DNA of 64,000 nucleotides from a virus: IMG/VR virus record IMGVR_UViG_3300045988_111617; one strand, 5' to 3'. Shown piece by piece: positions 10,280 to 20,653 of this stretch (position 1 is its first letter; each line of letters starts with the position of its first letter). The notes under the pieces were generated by a model. It saw only the letters and a program-made list of their open reading frames with translations, ran no database searches and was not told where the DNA came from. The position numbers and the translations under genes were made by a program.

Positions 10280-13200
10280 ATGAAAAGTTGTGCAGTTATT
10301 CCCCAAATAAAGGGAAAAGATGGTAATGTAAAAGATAGCAAGTTATTTAAGGACTTGCTATCCTTTACTAATAATAATAGAGAGCAAACTAATAGGCTTT
10401 ATTATATTACTAAAAATCCTAAATTTCAATCAGACTATTCTGATATTCTTAAATATGATGATTTAGGAGAAGTAACTATGAATAGTCTCTTAAAGTTAGA
10501 CCTGTCTTCTATGTTAGAAGAGGGTAATCTTAAAAGAAAAATTTCTGAGAATTATGGATTTTTTGAAAAAGGGGCTCCTGTTGTATTAGATGATACTACT
10601 GAAAATTACAACAGTTTAGTAGAAAAAGCTATTTCTTTTAATGCTTCTTCTGAATATAAAGATAATTTTTCTGCTATTATTAGAAGAACTCCAGAAAGAG
10701 GTATCTATGTTTCTTTGGAAAAATCTACTACAGAGAATCAAGTTTTGGCTCAAAAAATGGCAGCTTCCTATAATCTCAATAAAAAGATTAGAGACTTTTT
10801 AGGAAAGAATGGTATTTCAGTAGGTGCTTTGAATTCTCTAGATTTAGCACTTGGAAGAAGTGGAGTAACAGATTTTTCAAAAGCTTTTAAAGAGGGTGAA
10901 GGTATAGCTGAACTTATAAGAATAGCTAATGGAAGTAGAGGAGAAGAAGTTCTTCCAGAGGAATTTGCTCATTTTATAATAGAGTCTATGGAGAATGAAC
11001 CAGTGGTTTCAAGACTCCTTAATCTCATGAGTAATAGGGAATTAGCTGAAAGTGTTTTAGGAGATTCATATGGTGCATATGAAACACTAACTGATAAGGC
11101 ACTTGCTCATGAAGCAGCTGCAAGGTTGCTTTTGGATAGTATATATGAGTTAAATAATCTTCAAAAAGGGGTTTGGAGTAGTCTTCTTTCTAGAGTAAAA
11201 AGTAGATTCAATAGTAAATTCTCAAAAATGGATGCAGAGAGTCTTTTGAGAAGTGTAGGGGAAGCTAAAGCAGCAGCTCAGCAATTAGCTACTAACTTAC
11301 CTCTACAAAAAATTTCCTTCCAAATAAATGATAGACAGTTATCTCATATAGATGAAAAATTAGATAGTATAAAAAAGCTTCTCAAAAGATTACAAGAACA
11401 AGAAATAAAAAGATACCACATTTATAAAACCAGAACTACTAAAAGAGGAATTAAGAAGGACTCTTCTGGATTCCAGGCTTCCCAAAGACAATTTATAAAT
11501 TTGCTTGAGAGTCATTTAATGTCTGGTAAATTTATGGAAGGTATAGTATTCTACTTACAAGAAGCCAGTGATACAATAAAATCCATAAAGAACTTATATG
11601 AAAAATTACAAACTCCTTCTCTTAGTTTTGAGGAAGAAGCTAGGTATTTGAGAGAAATAGGGAACTACATTGGAACCTATAGTACTACTATCCAAGATAT
11701 TAGAAGTACTCTTAATGAGGGAGTGTTGGATGACCAAGAATTAGGTCCTGAAATTAAAGCTTTAGTAACTAATATTAGTGAGACTTTAAGTAGGGATAAA
11801 ACACATCTTGGAGAATTATCTTTTAGGCACTTTAATAATTTCTTGCAGAAGTATTTTCCTAATGAAGGTATAGATATTACTTTTAAAGGTAAAGAACAAC
11901 ATATTGGAAGAGAGGATTTAAAAAATCTTTTGAAGCACACAGATTATGACCCATCATTAATTAATATATGGATAAATAGTGCTGCTGAAACTAATGATAT
12001 TATTATAAAACTTGCTGATTCAATTATAAAGAAATATAAAGATAGAGCAAGAAATGAAACCATAGCTCTGAGAAAAAGGATTCAAGTTGCTGCCCAAAAA
12101 TTAAGAGCAGCAGGAATATCTAATGAGGATTTCATGTTTGAGAAAAATAGTAAGGGGGAATATACCCATAACTATGTATCTGAAATTCAATGGGCCAAAT
12201 TCAAAGAAGCTCAGAGAGATATGTACAAAAGAGTGGAACAGAAATATGGGAAAGAGCCTGTAGGAGATAATTTAGATAAGAGAAATATGGAAATATCTCA
12301 ATGGTATAGAGATAATACCAATGAGCAACATCTTCCTAATAGTAAATATAGAAATCCTAACTTCCTTTCTGGAGCTCAATTAGCTTATTACAATGAGTTC
12401 ATGGCTATAAGAGAAGAGCTTCTTAATTTACTTCCACCTAATATATATGTAGAACCAGGTAAAATGGAAGACCCTATGAGAGCTATACAAGTTAGAAGAG
12501 ACTTTGTAGATAGACTCTCACATTCTCCTGTAGAAAATTGGTGGGGTGAAATTAAAGACTCTTTGGCAGACACTATAATAAGAAGAGAAGATGACACTGA
12601 ATTTGGAGTTAAATTAGCTCCTCAGGACTTTACTGGAAGAGAATTAATGTCTTTACCTATATTCTTTACTAAAAAAGTAGAAAGGGCTTCTGATTTAAGT
12701 CATGATACAGTATCCACTCTTATAATGTTTGCAGATTCTGTTTATAATTATTCCAATTTATCTGAAATAGTAGATTCTTTAGAGGTAGGAAGAGATGTTA
12801 TGATGAGCCAGTGGGGTAAAGAATTTGGTAGAACTGCATCTAAAGAATTAGGAGGGAAGCCAGTTGTATCAATGGTCAGAGAATTTGGTAATACTGTTGT
12901 TGAAAAATTAAGTAAAGATAATGCTAATTTCATCACCGCTTATAATAATCTATTGGATTCCCAAGTATATGGAAGATACCTTAAAGATGAGGGAACCATA
13001 GGTAATACTAAAGTAGATAAACAAAAGGCTGCATCTTTTTGGAATAGGGTAGCCTCTCTTAATCAATTAGCTTTGAGTGCTTTAGCTGCAATGGCAGCTT
13101 CTGCTCAGGATATGGCTAATGTGAATCAAGAAGCAGTAGCTGGTGAGTTTTTTAGTGCAGGAGAATTATTTAAAGCAGATAATATATACTTTTTTAAAGG

Positions 13201-14338
13201 GCTTCCAGGCATTTTAAAGGAAATCGGAACGGATATAAAATCATCTAAACTTTCTTTGTTCATAGAAAAATTTGATATTCTTCATGATTATGAAAATGAA
13301 GTAAGAGAATTATCTTTTGGTAAAGGTTGGTTTAAGAAAATGCTTAGTTCTAACACTCTGTATTTTATGTTGAGAATGGGTTCTCATTGGGGAGAAACTA
13401 GAACAGCTTTAGCTCAAGCACTTCATATGAAACTCAAAGATTCAGGAGGAAATCAAATAAATCTTTGGGATGCTCTTGAAGTTAAACCTATAGACTCTTC
13501 TCATCCAGAATATGGAGCTACCTTAGAATTGAAAAAAGGGGTACTTAAAGAAGATGGAACTGAACTTACAGAAGCAGACTTTGAGCAGTTTAAAAACAAA
13601 TGTATGGCTTTAAATCAAAAATTATATGGTATATATAATCAGGCTGATAAAAATGCTTTACAAAGAACTGCTATAGGTAAATTAGCTTTCTTATACAGAA
13701 GCTGGATGATACCTGCTATCAATAGAAGATTTGGAGGAGCACAGTATAACTTCATGTTAAACTCTGACACAGAAGGTTATTATAGAACTCTGGGTAAATT
13801 TTTATGGAGCACTCTGAAAGATTTAAAAGAATTTAAATTCACTGCAATAGCTTATTGGCACGAGATGTCTGATGCAGAAAAGGCTAATATGGCTAGAGCT
13901 TTGACTGAACTAACCACTTTTGCAGTATTAATAGCAGCAAATAGCTTCTTACTTTCTGATTGGGATGATAAGAAAAACCCTTGGGTAATGAGGAATTTAG
14001 CCTACTTGTCAAGAAGGTTACAAACTGAAGTAGGAGCTATGGCACCTACTCCATTAATATTTGATGAGGCTTTCAAGATTCTTAAATCACCAATGGCAGG
14101 TATAGACCCAGCAGAAGGACTACTTAACTTTGTATGGAATGCTGTTAATCCTTGGCATTGGGGGCTTGAAACAGACTTTATGGGATTAGGAGATGAAGAG
14201 AGACTTATAAAAGGAGGTAAATATAAAGACCATTCTAAATTATATAAATCCTTTATGAATTCTCCATTCTTACCTATGAAGAGGTCTATTGAGAGGGCTA
14301 TAAATCCAGAAGAGAGTATGCCTTTCTTCAACAATTAA
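10280..14338 (+). CDS. Giant protein (1352 aa), likely virion/ejected protein co-expressed with the RNAP-like gene
   Basis: 4.06-kb ORF immediately downstream of the 2411-aa gene. Ends at the bidirectional terminator. Confidence 0.8.
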   Translation: MKSCAVIPQIKGKDGNVKDSKLFKDLLSFTNNNREQTNRLYYITKNPKFQSDYSDILKYDDLGEVTMNSLLKLDLSSMLEEGNLKRKISENYGFFEKGAPVVLDDTTENYNSLVEKAISFNASSEYKDNFSAIIRRTPERGIYVSLEKSTTENQVLAQKMAASYNLNKKIRDFLGKNGISVGALNSLDLALGRSGVTDFSKAFKEGEGIAELIRIANGSRGEEVLPEEFAHFIIESMENEPVVSRLLNLMSNRELAESVLGDSYGAYETLTDKALAHEAAARLLLDSIYELNNLQKGVWSSLLSRVKSRFNSKFSKMDAESLLRSVGEAKAAAQQLATNLPLQKISFQINDRQLSHIDEKLDSIKKLLKRLQEQEIKRYHIYKTRTTKRGIKKDSSGFQASQRQFINLLESHLMSGKFMEGIVFYLQEASDTIKSIKNLYEKLQTPSLSFEEEARYLREIGNYIGTYSTTIQDIRSTLNEGVLDDQELGPEIKALVTNISETLSRDKTHLGELSFRHFNNFLQKYFPNEGIDITFKGKEQHIGREDLKNLLKHTDYDPSLINIWINSAAETNDIIIKLADSIIKKYKDRARNETIALRKRIQVAAQKLRAAGISNEDFMFEKNSKGEYTHNYVSEIQWAKFKEAQRDMYKRVEQKYGKEPVGDNLDKRNMEISQWYRDNTNEQHLPNSKYRNPNFLSGAQLAYYNEFMAIREELLNLLPPNIYVEPGKMEDPMRAIQVRRDFVDRLSHSPVENWWGEIKDSLADTIIRREDDTEFGVKLAPQDFTGRELMSLPIFFTKKVERASDLSHDTVSTLIMFADSVYNYSNLSEIVDSLEVGRDVMMSQWGKEFGRTASKELGGKPVVSMVREFGNTVVEKLSKDNANFITAYNNLLDSQVYGRYLKDEGTIGNTKVDKQKAASFWNRVASLNQLALSALAAMAASAQDMANVNQEAVAGEFFSAGELFKADNIYFFKGLPGILKEIGTDIKSSKLSLFIEKFDILHDYENEVRELSFGKGWFKKMLSSNTLYFMLRMGSHWGETRTALAQALHMKLKDSGGNQINLWDALEVKPIDSSHPEYGATLELKKGVLKEDGTELTEADFEQFKNKCMALNQKLYGIYNQADKNALQRTAIGKLAFLYRSWMIPAINRRFGGAQYNFMLNSDTEGYYRTLGKFLWSTLKDLKEFKFTAIAYWHEMSDAEKANMARALTELTTFAVLIAANSFLLSDWDDKKNPWVMRNLAYLSRRLQTEVGAMAPTPLIFDEAFKILKSPMAGIDPAEGLLNFVWNAVNPWHWGLETDFMGLGDEERLIKGGKYKDHSKLYKSFMNSPFLPMKRSIERAINPEESMPFFNN

Positions 14339-14342
14339 TAAC

Positions 14343-14379
14343 AAAAAAAAGAGACTCAGTTTTGAGTCTCTTTTTTTTT
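14343..14379. terminator. Bidirectional rho-independent terminator A8-GAGACTCA-GTTT-TGAGTCTC-T9
   Basis: Perfect 8-bp stem flanked by an A run and a T run, exactly between the convergent stops of the + strand 1352-aa gene (14338) and the - strand 2083-aa gene (14400). Confidence 0.8.
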
Positions 14380-14399
14380 ATTTTACCCCTAGAAAAAAT

Positions 14400-17300
14400 T
14401 TATATCCCTATACAGTATTTAGCTACTTCTTTTTCTTCTTCAGTAGCATTTCTTATCCAGTTTTCAGAATATCCATTCTCTAAGAATAATGTATTATCTT
14501 TCTCAACTTTTCTTAATCTTATATCATTATTTTCTTTAGAATAAGTTCCTATATTATCAGTAGCTGATTTAATTTGATTTGGATTTATGAAACTATAAGA
14601 ATCTCCTCCTTCTTCAACTTCATTTTTATATACTGTTCCATCATATCCAAGTTCTTGCATTAATTTCCTCAATTCAGAATTAGATAATCCTCTAAGTGTA
14701 GAATATTTATCTCTAGATATAATTCCTTGCTTATATAATTCATTTAACATAGAACTTGTGGATTCATGTACATAATCAGAAGTTCTTAGTGGATTTTTTA
14801 AATTAATAAATAATCCATATTGAGTACCTTTAATAGTATCAGCGGTTTCCTTACTGCCCACATGACCAAATGGTTCTGAGGTCCAAGGCATAGTCCTTGA
14901 AGGATGGTCCATATCAAATACACCATTAAAATCAAATGGGGTGTTATGATACATTATCTTAGGTTCACCATTTTTATCAACTACTTTAGAAGCACTCTTT
15001 GGGTCATTTTCCCAATCTCCAAACCACTCTTTGAAAGCTTTAGTTCTTACATGAACCCATTGCCTCTCATCTAAATTAGAAGGTTTATCATTAGGAGCTA
15101 AGATATTTCCATCTTTATCATATTTAGCAGTACTTAATATATCAAGCATTTCTGGAGTATACTCTTCTGGCCTTAGTCTAACAGAGGCTTCTTTTGCAGT
15201 TCCTACTCTCATATTCTTATATTTAGATGACATTATCTTTTTATATATAGAATATCTCATAGGTTCAGCTTCTTGAATTCCTCTAATAAGATTCCAAAGT
15301 TTCTTAAAGAATTCCTTAATCTTTTGTCCTACAGTTTTGGATTTTTGATTAATAACATATTCTCTAAATCTTTCTGCTAACCATTCTTCCAATTCTACAG
15401 GGTCTGTAAGTTTAGATTCCTCAGAAGCTTCCTTCATCAAATTAGCTCTCTCATTTCCATTAAGTCCTAAACTAAATACAGCATGAAAAGCTTCATGATA
15501 AGTAGTACCTTCTGCTGCAACATTACTTAATGTAATACCTGCATTACTAAATGTTCCCCAAGCATTTTTTCCTGCTATATGTATTAGGCCTCTAACAACT
15601 TCAACAGGAATGTTAGGAAGTACAGTACTTAACCATTTGACTTCTTTATCAATGTCAAATTTTTCAGATTCTTTCTTAGCTTCTCTAAGTTTTACAGTAG
15701 GATTGCCACTTATATTTGCTCCCATCATAGCAGCAAAATCTTCAAATGACATTTCATCATTATCAGCAGTAGTAGTTGGAGTTTCTTGTTTAACTTCTGT
15801 GCCTATAGGAGTAGCTGTTTCAGTTGGAAAAACAGAAGGCATATTTTTTAATTCTGTAAATTCCTTCTTATGTTTTTCTACAAACTCTTGTCCTCTAGGC
15901 CCAGCACCTGGACCTTCAAAAGATTTTTTAATACCCTCAAATACAGTATTTATAGGAGTTTCTACATTAAGATTAGCTCCTATATAGGATTGTCCATTAG
16001 GTAACACAATACCATAATTATATCCTGCTACTTTCTTTGGTCCTTTACTATTTAATCCAGAAGTTAATACAGGTATTTTTATAATTTGTACAGGAGTTCC
16101 TAATATTTCTCCAGCACTAACCATGTAAGTTTTATGAATCTTCTTGTCTCTACTATCTAAATAATAACCTATTTTACTATTAGGAAGCTTAGAATTATCA
16201 GATAAGTCTTCTATTGGATTCATATCATCGTGATTTTCAAATAGAATATCTGACTTTTCTATATTGGTAGATGTAACTTTAGGATTAACATGATTTCTTA
16301 CTTCATCTGCTGCTACCCCAATAACCCATTCTCCTGTAGTTCTATCAATTACTTTTCCATTAATAATAGCTTTATTATTCCACATGGTTGGACCTTCAGT
16401 AGCATTTCCATATTGCTTTTGTAAGGTATATAAGACTTGACATCTTTCTATATCTTCCATTTTTACAGGCATTTTTCTTGCTCCATCTTTGAGAGAAAGA
16501 TATTCCCCATTAGGAAATAGAGTAACCTGTTTATTATTAACAGTTACAACAACACTATTATCATTAGATTTGGGAGTATTACCAGGAGTAGGATTATTAA
16601 AAGGAGTTTTACTTCCTTTTATTTCTCCCTTTTCTCCAACAGGATTAGCAGTAAACCAGCCTCCAGTAGTATGATTAGTATTAACTGCATTAGTTGAAAC
16701 TATTCCTGAGTCTAGAATTGTTTTATTGTATTCAGGGGTGTTTATAGAAGCTCTATCTATATTAAAATTTAATCCCATTTTATATAAATCCCCAAACAAA
16801 ATTTCTGGGTCTTTATAAACTCCTACAACAGTTTCTGAATTTTCATAAACACTAGTGCCATCTGCCTTTTTGACCAGTTTCTTTATGACATTTCCTGAAC
16901 TATCTAAAACATTCTTTGTAACTCTGATAATACCATCCTCTACAATATAAAAATTAAGATTAGGAATATAAAGATACTTACTTAATTCCTGTACTCTATT
17001 TAATAAATCTGCTTGAGTTTTTGCATTTATAATAGCTTCAACACTCTTTCTAATATTTTTTACTACTGAAGATTCTGCATTTTTTGGAGAAGTTAAATCA
17101 AATTCTTTTGAACTAAATTTTCTAACTTTAGCTCCTACTAATGTGTATCCTCCTGACATCCCTTTTCTAGAATTAGGTATAGCTATATATACCATACCAT
17201 TCTTTTGAGAAATATTTTTAGGTCTGCTGACTTCATTTAATTTTATAGAAGAAGCTCCTAAATCCAAAGAACCATTCCTAACAATAGCAAAAGTAATATT

Positions 17301-20300
17301 ATCAGCAGAATTTAAATCTCTAGATTCTCCATATTCAACATATCCTGTTTTTACATCATTAACAGTAGTAGTAATAGAGGAGAAGAAAGGTTTAGATTGG
17401 TCTGCCTTTTTATATTCCTCTAATATCCTAGATTTTGTATTTTTGGCTAAGTTTCCACTTGCAGTGAATATACCAACTGGCATATAGTCATCACCTATTA
17501 CTTTATAATAAACTATGACAGGATTGCCGTTAATATCTTTTAAATCAGAAGGTATTCCTAATACAAGTTTATCTCCTACTTTGAGATTTCCAGTATCTAC
17601 ATGTTCTTGAACTCTATTTTGCTCTATCCACTGAGGGATTTGTCCAAAGTTTACAGAGGCATCTTCTTTTTGAATAGCCTGTGTATCTGAAATAGGAATA
17701 AGAACTCCCTTCTTCTTAGAACCTAAGAAAAACCAAGAAAGAGGAAACCAAGATTTATTAGGGTCTGTAGGAGTCTCTTCTTCTATTTCTTTCTTCTGAG
17801 ATTCATTAGTATTAGGCTGCTGTTCTACTCCAGAATTATCATAATTAGCTGGTAAGTTTCCTGCACTTACTCCAGGTTCTCCACTCTCTGATGTAGTACT
17901 TGCAGAAGGAGTAGAATCATGTCCTTTTGCAGAAGGAACTTCAGAAACTCCACTATTTCCAGTAGTACCACTTTCATTAGTTCCAGGTGCTGGATTTTCA
18001 GAGGTAGTGAATTTAGCAGCCTCTGCATTTTTACCCATTTCTATGAGCTGTTTTTGCAAAGCTTTTGCAACAGCTACTTGGGCACTTAAAAAAGTCTGTT
18101 TATCTAAAGCAGGGTTTCCAGAAGAGGGATTCTCCGTATTAAAAAATGTTGTAGCCTCTGTATAGTTAGGATTGGAAGGTTCAATCATTTCCCCAACATT
18201 TTTAGCACTATTCATAGCATTATTAAGCATTTGAATAGCATTAGCAGTTTCAGTATCCTCTAAACCCATTTCTGAAATCTTAGCTACTGTTCCCTGATAT
18301 AAAGATTGTATGTTTTTATTTTCTTTAGCTACAGGATTATCTTCTTCTGCAAGTTCATTAAGAGCTCTTTCCAGTTCTGCTTCTGTTACATCACCTTGAC
18401 TTAATATATTATTATAGACATTTCTTAACTCTCTTGGAGTAGTAGCTTTTTGTAAACTCTCTTTTGCTGTATCTGTTTTCTTCTTTTGGTCTTTTTTTAC
18501 AGCTTTTTCTTTTATTTTTTCTTGCTCAGCATTTGCTTTTTGCGGAGATGAATAATACTCATTAATCTTATCAGAAAATTTCTTCATGTTATCTTGGATT
18601 CTATTTAAGTCCTCTATCTTTTTAATCCAAGTTTCTTTAACATCATCAGTAAGCTCTGATTCTTCAACTAATTTTTTTAATTCATTTCTTATTACTGGAA
18701 GTGTAGCAAGTAATTTAAAATGTTCAGGAGAAACAGCCTTTTCATCAGTACTATCATATATTTCATCTTTATACAAACCCACTAATTCATTAGAAATATC
18801 CGTCTGTCTTTGTCTCCAATTATCAAGCTGCATCTTAGCATAAATGATATTTTCCAAAGCATCTTTAGACAGTTGTGAACCATTTTTGGATGCCTCCAGA
18901 CTTTCTTTCATCTCTCTATATTGAGATGCCAATCCCTGCATTATTCCTACATTTTCCTGTATTTTACTCCTAACATCCTCTACACTCATAGGATTACCAT
19001 TCTGTTGAAATAATCCTGAATTTATAAGACTTTTGATATCCGCATCTGATATGGCAGAAGCCTTTTCAAGAATAGTATTGAAGAGCCCAAATTGTCCAGC
19101 ATTATCCAACATTATAATATCAGATACCATGCTAGCAAATTGATAATTGTGAAAATTAAAATCATCTCCTGCCTCTAATGCTAAATTAGCTTTATCAGTT
19201 AAATCAGTATCCCTAACAATGCCTTTATAGTATTCTTCTAAAGTAGGGTCAGATAATCTTTCATTTATTTCATTTACTAATGCCCTTCTTTTTCCATACT
19301 CTCTCCTTTCTCTTAGAAATTCAGTTACTCCTCCTTCCATTGTTACAGGACTTCTCCATTGTCCATTTTCTTTTGGACTCCTAAATCTAGGAGAACCTAC
19401 TACGGATGTAAGAAATCCCATAGCAAAATCTGTGGCAGTATCCGGGTCTTTCATTGCTTGAGAAAAAGCCATTCCTAAAGATTGTAGAGCCCCATTTGCT
19501 AATTCTCTTTTTTCAGGATTAAATACACTTTCATTAAAGGAATTATAGTTAGGATTAAGGTCTGCTGATTTAACAGCCACATCCTGTAAAACTTCCTCTG
19601 TACCTTCAGTAAAAGCTTGAAGACTTCTTTCCCCAACATTCTTTGCAGTATTAAGCCAAGGTTGTTCTATATTAAGGGATAATCCATCTTTCCCTACTTT
19701 TATTCCTTTAGACCTTTCTTTGGCTAAAAGAGCAGCTCTAGATGCCTTATTTCCTCTGGTAAATAGCTTTCCCCACTCTAAAGAATTAGTTAAAGTGAGA
19801 AGAGCCATATTGTACCCTAATACATAATTTCCAGCTTTATTTGCATCTTCTTCCATACCAAGAAGTGTCTTCTTATATTCTTGGTCTATTAATGCCTTCT
19901 CTTCTGGACTTTTAGCTGCCAAAATAGCTTTATTATATTCATCTGCAATTTGGGTATTCTCTAAATTGAGTTTATCTTGTTTAGCTTGTAGAGCTTCTAT
20001 AGAAGCTTCTGATAAAGCACCTGCTACAGAAGAACCTATTAATTGTGCTGCTAATGGAGCTTTACTTAAAGCAGAGGATACTCCCATACCTGGAACAAGC
20101 ATACCCTCTGTAAAACCAAGATTTTTTATAAGGTCTGCCCAAAATACAGATGTTCCAAGTTTTTTCCAAATAGAAGATTCTGAATAACCCTTTGTATAAT
20201 AATTAGGAGCAGCTTGAGCAGCAGACTCTTGCCACTCAAGCATTTTCCTATTTACTGCATTGTCATAGAGTTTATTTAACTCTTGATTAGAAAGAGCATC

Positions 20301-20651
20301 TAATGCTCCCCAAATAACTCCTAAAGAACCACTGATTGCAGTTGTTCCTGCTATAACTGCATTATTTATAAGAGCATTACTTATTCTATTAAAGACTGTT
20401 TGTTCTTCTCCTCTTGCTTGGTCAGCAGTTAAACCTTCTGCCATTAATTGGTCTACAGATGGGAGATTTTTATCCCATTTAGAAGAAGAAGCTCCAAAAT
20501 AAGTACCAGAGTTGGGCCTAAGTCTGCTTTCCCTCATGAAGAAAGTAGGGTCTTGCTGCCTAATATAATCACTTATTTTATTAAATTTTTCTACTTCTGA
20601 TACTCCAGAATTACCTATGCCTTGATTTATATAATAATTTCTATCTCCCAT
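14400..20651 (-). CDS. Giant virion protein (2083 aa) with internal HExxH zincin-like motif and Pro/Thr/Ser-rich linkers
   Basis: 6.25-kb ORF. Motif TTYHEAFHAVFSLGLNGNERANLMKE (HExxH plus a downstream E). Low-complexity linkers (..PAPGTNESGTTGNSGVSEVPSAKGHDSTPSASTTSESGEPG..). Last gene of the structural block. Confidence 0.8.
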   Translation of the reverse strand: MGDRNYYINQGIGNSGVSEVEKFNKISDYIRQQDPTFFMRESRLRPNSGTYFGASSSKWDKNLPSVDQLMAEGLTADQARGEEQTVFNRISNALINNAVIAGTTAISGSLGVIWGALDALSNQELNKLYDNAVNRKMLEWQESAAQAAPNYYTKGYSESSIWKKLGTSVFWADLIKNLGFTEGMLVPGMGVSSALSKAPLAAQLIGSSVAGALSEASIEALQAKQDKLNLENTQIADEYNKAILAAKSPEEKALIDQEYKKTLLGMEEDANKAGNYVLGYNMALLTLTNSLEWGKLFTRGNKASRAALLAKERSKGIKVGKDGLSLNIEQPWLNTAKNVGERSLQAFTEGTEEVLQDVAVKSADLNPNYNSFNESVFNPEKRELANGALQSLGMAFSQAMKDPDTATDFAMGFLTSVVGSPRFRSPKENGQWRSPVTMEGGVTEFLRERREYGKRRALVNEINERLSDPTLEEYYKGIVRDTDLTDKANLALEAGDDFNFHNYQFASMVSDIIMLDNAGQFGLFNTILEKASAISDADIKSLINSGLFQQNGNPMSVEDVRSKIQENVGIMQGLASQYREMKESLEASKNGSQLSKDALENIIYAKMQLDNWRQRQTDISNELVGLYKDEIYDSTDEKAVSPEHFKLLATLPVIRNELKKLVEESELTDDVKETWIKKIEDLNRIQDNMKKFSDKINEYYSSPQKANAEQEKIKEKAVKKDQKKKTDTAKESLQKATTPRELRNVYNNILSQGDVTEAELERALNELAEEDNPVAKENKNIQSLYQGTVAKISEMGLEDTETANAIQMLNNAMNSAKNVGEMIEPSNPNYTEATTFFNTENPSSGNPALDKQTFLSAQVAVAKALQKQLIEMGKNAEAAKFTTSENPAPGTNESGTTGNSGVSEVPSAKGHDSTPSASTTSESGEPGVSAGNLPANYDNSGVEQQPNTNESQKKEIEEETPTDPNKSWFPLSWFFLGSKKKGVLIPISDTQAIQKEDASVNFGQIPQWIEQNRVQEHVDTGNLKVGDKLVLGIPSDLKDINGNPVIVYYKVIGDDYMPVGIFTASGNLAKNTKSRILEEYKKADQSKPFFSSITTTVNDVKTGYVEYGESRDLNSADNITFAIVRNGSLDLGASSIKLNEVSRPKNISQKNGMVYIAIPNSRKGMSGGYTLVGAKVRKFSSKEFDLTSPKNAESSVVKNIRKSVEAIINAKTQADLLNRVQELSKYLYIPNLNFYIVEDGIIRVTKNVLDSSGNVIKKLVKKADGTSVYENSETVVGVYKDPEILFGDLYKMGLNFNIDRASINTPEYNKTILDSGIVSTNAVNTNHTTGGWFTANPVGEKGEIKGSKTPFNNPTPGNTPKSNDNSVVVTVNNKQVTLFPNGEYLSLKDGARKMPVKMEDIERCQVLYTLQKQYGNATEGPTMWNNKAIINGKVIDRTTGEWVIGVAADEVRNHVNPKVTSTNIEKSDILFENHDDMNPIEDLSDNSKLPNSKIGYYLDSRDKKIHKTYMVSAGEILGTPVQIIKIPVLTSGLNSKGPKKVAGYNYGIVLPNGQSYIGANLNVETPINTVFEGIKKSFEGPGAGPRGQEFVEKHKKEFTELKNMPSVFPTETATPIGTEVKQETPTTTADNDEMSFEDFAAMMGANISGNPTVKLREAKKESEKFDIDKEVKWLSTVLPNIPVEVVRGLIHIAGKNAWGTFSNAGITLSNVAAEGTTYHEAFHAVFSLGLNGNERANLMKEASEESKLTDPVELEEWLAERFREYVINQKSKTVGQKIKEFFKKLWNLIRGIQEAEPMRYSIYKKIMSSKYKNMRVGTAKEASVRLRPEEYTPEMLDILSTAKYDKDGNILAPNDKPSNLDERQWVHVRTKAFKEWFGDWENDPKSASKVVDKNGEPKIMYHNTPFDFNGVFDMDHPSRTMPWTSEPFGHVGSKETADTIKGTQYGLFINLKNPLRTSDYVHESTSSMLNELYKQGIISRDKYSTLRGLSNSELRKLMQELGYDGTVYKNEVEEGGDSYSFINPNQIKSATDNIGTYSKENNDIRLRKVEKDNTLFLENGYSENWIRNATEEEKEVAKYCIGI

Positions 20652-20653
20652 TT

